Positions 29,676-36,967 of a DNA stretch of 64,000 nucleotides are shown one piece after another (position 1 is the first letter of the stretch; the number at the start of each line of letters is the position of its first letter). The translations under genes were made by a program, and so were the position numbers. Source of the stretch: Verrucomicrobiota bacterium (GTDB lineage Bacteria; Verrucomicrobiota; Verrucomicrobiia; Chthoniobacterales; UBA10450); assembly GCA_046734175.1 (NCBI GenBank), contig JBKPQR010000031.1:2120-66119 (forward strand). The letters run 5' to 3'. The notes under the pieces are model-generated. The model did not search any database. It worked only from the letters and a program-made list of their open reading frames with translations, and had not been told where the DNA came from.

Positions 29676-29759
29676 TTAGTTTTCTGACAGTGCGTGCTGT
29701 ATCAACCAGGCAACAATCGCCATCAAGATTGCAGTTAAGAAAACAACCAGGTAGTCCAT
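29676..29759 (-). CDS. possible 27-aa membrane peptide (MDYLVVFLTAILMAIVAWLIQHALSEN)
   Basis: Below the ORF-track cutoff. GGAG lies 10 nt upstream of the ATG. The N-terminal DY plus hydrophobic helix resembles the peptides at 30968 and 35239. Confidence 0.25.
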   Translation of the reverse strand: MDYLVVFLTAILMAIVAWLIQHALSEN

Positions 29760-29826
29760 GCCTTCATTCTCCGAGAAGGTTTTCGGCGCCGAGATGCGTT
29801 TGCCAGCGCCGTCGATCCGCCGGTTC

Positions 29827-30909
29827 TCATGCGGCCTTCTTTATGTGGGCTTCCGGCTGGAAGTGAACGGCAATCACCTTCAGCCGACGTACTCCGTACG
29901 GAACCGTCCAAGTAAACTCGTCGCCAACGCGATACCCGAGCATCGCTGTGCCGAGTGGTGCCAGAACTGAAATCTTGCGCACCTCAATGTCGGCATCGCG
30001 CGGGAAAACAACGGTGAATTCCATTCGCTCGCCGCTGTCCAAATCGAGGAGCTCGGCACGGCTGTTCATGGTGATCACGTCTGATGGAAGGTCCTTCGCT
30101 TCGACGATTTCGGCGCGAGCTAGCTCCGCTTTCAGCGCGCTCATCTCAGTGCGCCCGCGCTCGGAAAGCTTCCCGGCGGCCGCAATGGCGTAGGTCAGCT
30201 CTTCGTGGTCGGCAGCAGTCATCGTTATGGTACGTTTATTCATAGGTGTAGTTTGGATTGTTTGTAAGTCAGTTGGTTGAGTCGGTAATTTTGTTGGTCG
30301 CAATTCTCCCAAACCGGTCAACCTCGCGGGCGACGCTTGCTCAAGGAAATTGGGCTCGTTGCTCCGCAACGCTGCACGCACACGCTGCAAGTGTCCGCTG
30401 CCACTGTTATCAATTGGCAGCGGAATAAATAACGAATCGTAGATGGATTTACCGCGAGGCTTTTGTTCCTCCAAAGATGGAGGCGGAGTAGTTATTCGGC
30501 GCTGGACCTCGAAGCCCGCGTCGGTCATCCACACCGCGCGCTTCTTCATCTTAATCAGGCTGCCCAGCCGCATCATCCAAAGCCCAACCCATTCGCTCAC
30601 CAAGTGCGGAACATTAGCGCTACGAATTCGGCCCGCAGCAGGCTGCGCCCACCGCAATGCCGCACCGATCGCGATGGGATATGGATACGCCGCAAGAACA
30701 TTCAAGAGTCGAGCGCCTGGTTCGGTGCGCGCGAAGTAATCCACAATCAAATGTTGGAACGGGCGCAGGTTCTCGATGAGGCGTGGTGGACGCGTGCTAG
30801 GATTGCGACTTAGATCGTGCCGAATGAGCCAGCCGCCGAACAACAGCAGAGTAGCTCCGGTGAAGCCGAAGAGCGCGATTATGATAAGCGCGACGGACTC
30901 GGGTGTCAT
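29827..30909 (-). CDS. membrane-anchored protein with C-terminal GreA/GreB-family (Rnk-like) domain
   Basis: The last 138 aa (MNKRTITMTAADHEEL...VITMNSRAELLDLDSGE...ISVLAPLGTAMLGYRVGDEF...HFQPEA) align with E. coli Rnk. The N-terminal 220 aa are in the same frame, have one TM and no recognised domain. Confidence 0.7.
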   Translation of the reverse strand: MTPESVALIIIALFGFTGATLLLFGGWLIRHDLSRNPSTRPPRLIENLRPFQHLIVDYFARTEPGARLLNVLAAYPYPIAIGAALRWAQPAAGRIRSANVPHLVSEWVGLWMMRLGSLIKMKKRAVWMTDAGFEVQRRITTPPPSLEEQKPRGKSIYDSLFIPLPIDNSGSGHLQRVRAALRSNEPNFLEQASPARLTGLGELRPTKLPTQPTDLQTIQTTPMNKRTITMTAADHEELTYAIAAAGKLSERGRTEMSALKAELARAEIVEAKDLPSDVITMNSRAELLDLDSGERMEFTVVFPRDADIEVRKISVLAPLGTAMLGYRVGDEFTWTVPYGVRRLKVIAVHFQPEAHIKKAA

Positions 30910-30967
30910 GATGTTATGAGTAAAAGGATAGAACTGCAGTTAGCTGATTGAATGCCCGTCTGACGCG

Positions 30968-31165
30968 TTATGCGTCGACAGCCTGTTGGCTTCCACTACC
31001 GACTCCAGTCCGAGCTGACGGCCACGATGTGGGAGAGGCCGGCCTGGTTTTCGCGGAGTAGCGTTTTGGTACCGGCGGTCCCAGCCAACGAAAGAGCCTT
31101 ACACAGAGTGCCCAGAGGATTAAAGTGACGAGTATCGCAATGAGGATGTAATCGAATAGTATCAT
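30968..31165 (-). CDS. small membrane protein (65 aa), hypothetical
   Basis: MILFDYILIAILVTLILWALCVRLFRWLG... It is similar to the 48-aa peptide at 35239-35385 and is the first ORF after box copy a. Confidence 0.4.
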   Translation of the reverse strand: MILFDYILIAILVTLILWALCVRLFRWLGPPVPKRYSAKTRPASPTSWPSARTGVGSGSQQAVDA

Positions 31166-31229
31166 TTTAAGGTGATTGTTTACGGGTTAATTATCTCTTA
31201 ACGCCTTAATGTTAGTCTGTGCAGCAACA

Positions 31230-31264
31230 TTGACTAAGACTTAGATTGAATCGGATAGATAGTA
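31230..31264 (-). promoter_or_regulatory. conserved box copy a (+ strand TTGACTAAGACT-N17-ATAGTA)
   Basis: Read directly. 64 nt upstream (minus sense) of the ATG at 31165. Confidence 0.45.
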
Positions 31265-31270
31265 CCCTAA

Positions 31271-31771
31271 TTAAACGGGCAAGCGTCGGCGCAATGGGAA
31301 TACCGGCATTTCCTGACCACCTCGTTTGCGGTGAGCGCGACTTGTGGCGACTGATGTCTGGTGAGATTTGCCTTTCGCTATCCGGCCGCGTTTTACCAGC
31401 GCGGAAAGATTGCGGATTCGTGATTGATCTTCTGAGTCAACAGCCGCATCCCTTCGCGCGCGCTTGAACTTCTTGGCTAATCGCGTTTTTCGTTTGCGGG
31501 CTAGCCTGGCCAGCTTCGCTACGAGCTGATCAATCGCCGTGTAAAGATTGTGGTGCACGGCGTTGCCATGAATATCGCGACCGGGCAGCGCTAATCGCGC
31601 GCTGATTGAGAACAGATGAGGCGTACCTGCCTTGCCTCGTAAAATAATTTCGGCCGTGAGCATGTCACCGGCGAAGCGGGATAAGCCCGACATTTTCTTG
31701 CGAATGAACTCGCGAAGCGCGGGACTCAAAGTGAGATCGTGAGGTGTGATATGTATAGGTGGATTGCTCAT
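31271..31771 (-). CDS. HPF/RaiA family ribosome-associated factor with basic C-terminal tail
   Basis: Start at MSNPPIHITPHDLTLSPALREFIRKKMSGLSRF...HHNLYTAIDQLVAKLARLARKRK fits the Ribosomal_S30AE pattern. Confidence 0.75.
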   Translation of the reverse strand: MSNPPIHITPHDLTLSPALREFIRKKMSGLSRFAGDMLTAEIILRGKAGTPHLFSISARLALPGRDIHGNAVHHNLYTAIDQLVAKLARLARKRKTRLAKKFKRARRDAAVDSEDQSRIRNLSALVKRGRIAKGKSHQTSVATSRAHRKRGGQEMPVFPLRRRLPV

Positions 31772-32306
31772 TTTGTTTGGGTTGGTTGCAGTCGTGTTGC
31801 CGTGAAGCCATTTGACGCGGTGAGGCCAAGGTCTTTCCGCCCTCATTTTCCCAGCGGCTGATCGCACTGGATCCGTTACGCACCGCGCCATTCGAAGAGG
31901 CACCGACATGTCTTTGATCGGGCCAGCATTCGGGAGCGCCCAGCCCTCCCGCCATGAATTCCAGCAACGCGGAACCGAAGCTGGCATAATGCGGCGTTTG
32001 GCGCTCAGGTCTGGCGTGATCCGGGCAGTCCGGTATGCCAAGGTGGTCTTTTACGAAGGTGACGAGCTCGGCAGCACTTTTTAGGTGAAGCGGCTTTACC
32101 TTCAATGAAGGACTCAAAGGTGGAGCGATCGGAATCGCACCTATCTGCGTTTCTACGATGCGACCATTGGCCGCTTGGTACAAATACCGCGCCGCTTGTT
32201 TGATCGCTGCGTCGCTGGTCCTGGCGTTGTCGTCTCTAGGAAGAGAAAGCGCCGTCGCCAAAACTTTTTCGAAAGGTTCGGACAGATCAATGACGATCAC
32301 ATTCAT
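31665..32306 (-). CDS. hypothetical protein with internal WENEGG motif
   Basis: 213-aa ORF and first gene after box copy b. Its last 107 nt overlap the HPF start in another frame. Confidence 0.45.
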   Translation of the reverse strand: MNVIVIDLSEPFEKVLATALSLPRDDNARTSDAAIKQAARYLYQAANGRIVETQIGAIPIAPPLSPSLKVKPLHLKSAAELVTFVKDHLGIPDCPDHARPERQTPHYASFGSALLEFMAGGLGAPECWPDQRHVGASSNGAVRNGSSAISRWENEGGKTLASPRQMASRQHDCNQPKQNEQSTYTYHTSRSHFESRASRVHSQENVGLIPLRR

Positions 32307-32334
32307 GCCGGCAGTTTAGTGCTGCCCAGATACT

Positions 32335-32369
32335 TCGACTAAGACTGGTATTCGATTAGACCGATAGAT
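32335..32369 (-). promoter_or_regulatory. conserved box copy b (+ strand TCGACTAAGACT-N17-ATAGAT)
   Basis: Read directly. 28 nt upstream (minus sense) of the ATG at 32306, in the divergent region shared with the LysR gene. Confidence 0.45.
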
Positions 32370-32391
32370 TCGAATTATGTATTGTTCAGCC

Positions 32392-33303
32392 ATGGAATGG
32401 CTGAATTATCATCACCTCCGCTACTTCTGGACCGTCGCTCGCAAAGGCGGCGTCCGGAAAGCGGCGGAGGAGCTTCATGTTTCACAACCTTCAATCAGTG
32501 CCCAGCTTCGCCTGCTGGAAGAATCACTCGGGCAAAAGCTCTTCCGTCGTAGTGGCCGCAACCTTGTTCTGACCGAAACGGGTCAGCTAGTCCTCAACTA
32601 CGCAGACGAAATCTTCTCGGCCGGCCGTGAGTTGATGAATGCAGTGAAGCAGCGGCCGGGTAAGCATCCGGTGCGCTTGAACATCGGGCTAACCGACGCA
32701 TTTCCCAAGCTGATCGCGTGGCAAATCCTGCGCGCTGCTTTCCGCTCCGATGAGCCGGTTCACGTCGTTTGCCGCGAAGGCGAGATTGGACCGCTGGTCA
32801 ACCATCTCCAGGCCCACCGGCTCGATATTGTCCTCGCCGATGAGCCAGCCTCGAGCAGTCTGAAAGCGAAGACATTCAATCACCGGCTCGGCGATTCAGG
32901 TCTCACCTTTTGTGCAGTTCCGGCTCTGGCCGCCAAACTTCGTCCCAACTTTCCGCAGTCACTTAATGGCGCACCTGCGCTCCTGCCGGCTACAAACATG
33001 GGAATGCGCGCCGCATTGGAGACTTGGTTTGATACTCACGAGATCCGTCCGCGGCTGGTCGGCGAGTTTGAGGATTCTGCGCTGATGGAAGTTTGCTCCT
33101 CGGGTGGTCGCGGCTTCACCGTCGTGCACACGGTGGTGGACCGAACGGCGCTAAAACACTACAACCTGCGCGTGATCGCGAAGGTGAAAGAGTGTCGAAG
33201 CGAGTTCTACGCCATCACGGCAGAGCGGCGGGTAAAACATCCCGCGGCTGTCGCGATTACTGAACACGCCTACTCGCATTTGTTCGCTGATTCCGACAAG
33301 TAA
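32392..33303 (+). CDS. LysR family transcriptional regulator (NhaR-like)
   Basis: MEWLNYHHLRYFWTVARKGGVRKAAEELHVSQPSISAQLRLLEESLGQKLF HTH followed by a LysR substrate-binding domain. Confidence 0.9.
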   Translation: MEWLNYHHLRYFWTVARKGGVRKAAEELHVSQPSISAQLRLLEESLGQKLFRRSGRNLVLTETGQLVLNYADEIFSAGRELMNAVKQRPGKHPVRLNIGLTDAFPKLIAWQILRAAFRSDEPVHVVCREGEIGPLVNHLQAHRLDIVLADEPASSSLKAKTFNHRLGDSGLTFCAVPALAAKLRPNFPQSLNGAPALLPATNMGMRAALETWFDTHEIRPRLVGEFEDSALMEVCSSGGRGFTVVHTVVDRTALKHYNLRVIAKVKECRSEFYAITAERRVKHPAAVAITEHAYSHLFADSDK

Positions 33304-33319
33304 GCGAGCAGCGGAATGC

Positions 33320-33691
33320 TTACGGCAGCAGAGCTCTGACGGTATGAATTGCAGGCCATACCAGGCCCGCGAGGATGATGATCGTGAAAAGCATTGCGTC
33401 CGTCATGAAGTTGTCGCGTGCCTGGCTGTTGTACTCCCGCAGCAGCTTGGGAAAAGTGCGCGGCCTTATGGTTGGTACGCCATTTCCTCGGGCGAGGTAA
33501 TCGGTACGACTGGCAGACCTGCGGTCTTCTTCCGTATACGCCGAGGCGCGCAAATGAGCGTTCATTGCCGCGACCTCTGGGGAGCGGTCGTTGTAATTCA
33601 CACCTGCGAATGCACGGCGTCGCCGTCGAAAGGAGGTGCCGAATGGCTCTCGGTAGTTAGTGCTTTGTTCTTGGTGGTTTGGGTTTGTCAT
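33320..33691 (-). CDS. hypothetical tail-anchored membrane protein
   Basis: 123-aa ORF, basic and disordered at the N-terminus, with a single C-terminal TM (AMLFTIIILAGLVWPAI). Confidence 0.45.
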   Translation of the reverse strand: MTNPNHQEQSTNYREPFGTSFRRRRRAFAGVNYNDRSPEVAAMNAHLRASAYTEEDRRSASRTDYLARGNGVPTIRPRTFPKLLREYNSQARDNFMTDAMLFTIIILAGLVWPAIHTVRALLP

Positions 33692-34093
33692 AGTCTTGGG
33701 TGATGATTGTTAAATAAAGTCTGCGAGTTCCGGCCGGAGCGTCACGCGGCTGCGCATTAGGCAGCAGCAGCGTGCATGAAACCTGGTTGCGTCCGATCTT
33801 TGTCACTCGGCTTCGCGAGGCGCACTGAAGTGTCTGGTTCCGGCAAGGCCCAGCCATGGTGAGCAAAGATCGCCTCGATAAAAATTCGCAGCCGCGGCAG
33901 ATTCATACCGCGCCGAGCGGCCAGGCGATAGACCCATTCAATCAGGCTGGAGTCTGGTGCGCAGGGTTGAGCGCGGGATCACAACTGGTTCCATGTTGCC
34001 GAAACGCAGCGTGATCTCATCAAGCGTGATTGCGACTTCGTTCCGCGATTCTTCGTCCATTATTACGAACGAAGGTAGCGGGACACGCAGTCT

Positions 34094-34128
34094 TCGACTA
34101 AGACTGATTCTTCAGCTGAATGATAGCT
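34094..34128 (-). promoter_or_regulatory. conserved box copy c (+ strand TCGACTAAGACT-N17-ATAGCT)
   Basis: Read directly. 34 nt upstream (minus sense) of an ATG at 34059. Confidence 0.45.
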
Positions 34129-34236
34129 TTACATTATCGACCCCAGAAGGGGCGGGACGTCACGCAGTCACCATATTACCGCGGTGCCGGTTTCGGCAGA
34201 AAAGTGACGGCGCGCGAGCAGCACGACGCTCGCGAA

Positions 34237-34692
34237 TCACGTTGAGCATGGAAGCACGCGCGTGCTCCCTTCTCGGCGGAGCCTCAGCGGTCGAAATGGC
34301 CGGCTGCTTTGATAGTGGACTTTTGTCACTTTCATCCGGCGAACACCTGCCGGCACCTGCCACTCAAACTCGTCGCCCACACGGTAGCCGAGCATGCCTG
34401 CGCCAATTGGCGCGAGGACGGAGATTTTGCCTGCTTCAACGTTCGCCTTGTCGGGAAACACGAGCGTAAACGTGAGTGCTTCGCGAGTGTCGAGGTCTAG
34501 CATCTCCGCGCGCGAATTCATTGTTATCACATCGGCTGGCACATCATTGGGATCGACGATTTCGGCACGCTTGACTTCTTCGACGAGAGCATTCAGGTCG
34601 CGGCGCGCGCGCGGATCGGAAACGGCCATCACGGCAAGCAGGTCATCGAGACGCTGTTTGTCCTGACTGGTAATAACGATTGGTCTTTTCAT
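34237..34692 (-). CDS. GreA/GreB-family Rnk-like protein (paralog 2)
   Basis: MKRPIVITSQDKQRLDDLL...VITMNSRAEMLDLDTRE...ISVLAPIGAGMLGYRVGDEFEWQVPAGVRRMKV is about two-thirds identical to the C-terminus of 29827-30909. The tail after HYQ diverges from the YQPEA ending. Confidence 0.8.
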   Translation of the reverse strand: MKRPIVITSQDKQRLDDLLAVMAVSDPRARRDLNALVEEVKRAEIVDPNDVPADVITMNSRAEMLDLDTREALTFTLVFPDKANVEAGKISVLAPIGAGMLGYRVGDEFEWQVPAGVRRMKVTKVHYQSSRPFRPLRLRREGSTRVLPCST

Positions 34693-34825
34693 GTGAAGGG
34701 GTCTTTCACGCTTCGTTAACGTGGCAGCGGCGGCCGAGAATAGATCGGAAGGCGAACGAGCGTCGAAGACTTTGATCGAATCAGAATCATCGCCTCAGCC
34801 TATCAGACGCATGAACTGCCACTGC

Positions 34826-35092
34826 TCAGGCCCACCTCAATATTTGCTCAGAAGAGGCAGCAGAGTCCACCGGCGGCTCCGGCCGCAGGGTCTCGACCCA
34901 TATAACGGCTCCAGCATGCAGTGCGACCGAAAGCACCAACGCCGCAACGACCGTCCATTTGCTCGGCGGTTCGTACCCCGCAGGCGGCACCACGTGCCGC
35001 TGGTGAGCCCGTTTTGTTGCTGGGGGCCGCCATACCCGGATCACCCGAGCGTCTGGCGCTACCTGCGAGGTCTTTAGTGTTGCTGTTTGCAT
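34826..35092 (-). CDS. short membrane protein, possibly a TonB N-terminal-like fragment
   Basis: Start at MQTATL. TM segment KWTVVAALVLSVALHAGAVIWV followed by PEPP. Only 88 aa, so it may be a remnant. Confidence 0.3.
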   Translation of the reverse strand: MQTATLKTSQVAPDARVIRVWRPPATKRAHQRHVVPPAGYEPPSKWTVVAALVLSVALHAGAVIWVETLRPEPPVDSAASSEQILRWA

Positions 35093-35238
35093 GATGAGTA
35101 TTTCGACAAGAGGGTTGATACGTCTCGCCAATATGACTCTCTCCACTTTCCTCGATTCGAATAAGACTTTGATCTGATCAAACGGATAGCTTCTCACTAA
35201 CTGTTGGAATTCGGCTAGATCGGCAAGCCCGCGGCAAT

Positions 35239-35385
35239 TTACCGAAAAGAACACTCGCTTCCGTCTGTCTCCTGTCGTTCGAACTCAGAAGAGCGGGAGC
35301 GGAGCCAGCCAACAAATAGGCGATAAACCGTGTAGCCAGCTGCGGCTACAACGCCGGCGAGCAAGAGATAATCGATGGTGTTCAC
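35239..35385 (-). CDS. possible 48-aa membrane peptide (GTG start)
   Basis: VNTIDYLLLAGVVAAAGYTVYRLFVGWLRSRSS... is similar to 30968-31165 (DY(I/L)L(I/L)A...RLF.WL). Begins 28 nt after box copy d. Not in the ORF track. Confidence 0.35.
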   Translation of the reverse strand: MNTIDYLLLAGVVAAAGYTVYRLFVGWLRSRSSEFERQETDGSECSFR

Positions 35386-35413
35386 GCCGGTTAGCCTCGC
35401 ATGAGCGGGTGCG

Positions 35414-35448
35414 TCGACTAAGACTCAGATATAATCACTCACATAGCT
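35414..35448 (-). promoter_or_regulatory. conserved box copy d (+ strand TCGACTAAGACT-N17-ATAGCT)
   Basis: Read directly. Confidence 0.45.
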
Positions 35449-35546
35449 TTATCCTATCTTGCTTCGCGGGACCAAGCCGATTTCAGCTCCACGCTTCGGC
35501 TTATGGGTGCAGAGCCGGCATTCACGGGAAGCCGGAGTAGCTCGAG

Positions 35547-36911
35547 CTAAAGAGATTTAAGGTACTCGACCAGCGCCGTCTTATCGGCGTCACTCAGGCT
35601 GATGTGCAGCGGTTTCTCATAATGATCGACGACGTCGCGCAATGTGGCGAAGCGGCCGTCATGATAGAAGCCACCTTTCTCGCGCACAAAGAGTGCGGCC
35701 AGTGGAGTGGTGCGGTAACGATGATCGGGCGAACGGTCGGCCTGAAAATTGTCGATACCGATCTCCTCACCGGTGTGCATTGGCCAACCCGGTTCACTGA
35801 ACAAGGGCGGCACGTGACACGTCGCGCATTTGGCGCGGCCGTCGAACACGGCCTTGCCTTGCGCTGCCAACGCGTGGTCGTAAGAATTTGCCGGCGGCCT
35901 GGGCGCCGGTAACGAGAGTTGGTAATAGTGAAGCGCTGACAACTTGGCCGTCACCAGATCAGGCGTATTTCTAATGTTGTAGAGCCGCTCGCTCAGCGCG
36001 AGAGGGAATTGCGATTTCTGCAAGCGCGAATCGCGAAAAGTGCCTTCGCCGTGCATCTGCGTGATGGCCACGTAAGCATTCCAGTAAGGTACGCCGCCCC
36101 ACCCTTCGTAAGTATGGAGGTTCTGCCCGGACAAGCCATAGGCGGGTGGAATCAGAATCGCTGCTGAGCGCCCGTTTGGCTGAAACGCTTTCCCGTCAAT
36201 GTTTAGCTCCGCATCATATTTGCCCGGTCCCCAACTTCGAAGAATCCTGCGCAAGGTGGTCTCGTCCTTGTGCACAGCCTGCGCCATCGGCCCGAGATTT
36301 GGGGCGAGGCTGGCGATTGCGCCGATGTCGAGATCCCGATTCGGCCAGCCATCGAGCCTGCGCCCAATGCCGCGAGCGAACGAATTATCGACCGTGGAAT
36401 GGCAGATGGCGCACTGAATCCCGACACTTTTTAGCTGCCCCCTTTCGAAGAAACCGGTCACGCCGACGACGGAATTTGCCCGCAACAATTCAACCGTCGT
36501 TTTCGGCTCATCCAGACTGACAGAGCCGCCTCTCAACGCTTCGATGAGGATCTTTGGCAGTAGTCCGGCGTCGACCTTAAGCCCAAGCTCCAGCGCTTGT
36601 CGCGGTGTTAAGCCGGCGCCGACGCCGCCGAGCTTCTCGCCCATGATCGCTTGGTGCAAGCGGAGCCGGTCGCCCCAGAAATGTTCGCTGCCAAAGGTAT
36701 CGAATCGAAAGATGTCTTTCCCTGAGGAAAAGAGCGAGCGCGAATTCCAGCCCGCTTTGGTGTTATAAGCAATCCGCGGCCACTGCTGGCTTTTGACCGC
36801 GGGATTCGTGTTAACGCTGGGCGGGTATTCAAGGCAACCGGCAACAAGCAATGCGGCGACGATCAGGCCGTTCCTGGCCACATTGCGCAATAAGCAACGC
36901 GGGCGTCCCAT
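35547..36911 (-). CDS. di-haem cytochrome c peroxidase (CCP/MauG) family lipoprotein
   Basis: Two CxxCH motifs (CAICH, CATCH) about 195 aa apart. CCP-like C-terminus ...FYHDGRFATLRDVVDHY. Lipobox LLVAGC. The start could also be 36950. Confidence 0.85.
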   Translation of the reverse strand: MGRPRCLLRNVARNGLIVAALLVAGCLEYPPSVNTNPAVKSQQWPRIAYNTKAGWNSRSLFSSGKDIFRFDTFGSEHFWGDRLRLHQAIMGEKLGGVGAGLTPRQALELGLKVDAGLLPKILIEALRGGSVSLDEPKTTVELLRANSVVGVTGFFERGQLKSVGIQCAICHSTVDNSFARGIGRRLDGWPNRDLDIGAIASLAPNLGPMAQAVHKDETTLRRILRSWGPGKYDAELNIDGKAFQPNGRSAAILIPPAYGLSGQNLHTYEGWGGVPYWNAYVAITQMHGEGTFRDSRLQKSQFPLALSERLYNIRNTPDLVTAKLSALHYYQLSLPAPRPPANSYDHALAAQGKAVFDGRAKCATCHVPPLFSEPGWPMHTGEEIGIDNFQADRSPDHRYRTTPLAALFVREKGGFYHDGRFATLRDVVDHYEKPLHISLSDADKTALVEYLKSL

Positions 36912-36967
36912 TTTGCCGCCGCGAGAATTGCGCGTGTCGCGTATGCTCAAGGGGCCGGGATCTCCGC

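Noticed and set aside
31246-31467. 73-aa + strand ORF downstream of box copy a
   Set aside because: It is antisense to the HPF C-terminal tail, with an implausible composition and no RBS.
33957-34469. 170-aa + strand ORF
   Set aside because: It is antisense to Rnk-like paralog 2, with a Ser/Arg-rich shadow-ORF composition.
31230-35448. The 12-mer box as an ordinary sigma-70 promoter on the + strand (TTGACT/TCGACT as -35)
   Set aside because: The conserved downstream ATAGNT lies 23 nt after the hexamer, and no consistent -10 occurs at 16-18 nt. In three of four cases the + direction runs antisense into coding genes.
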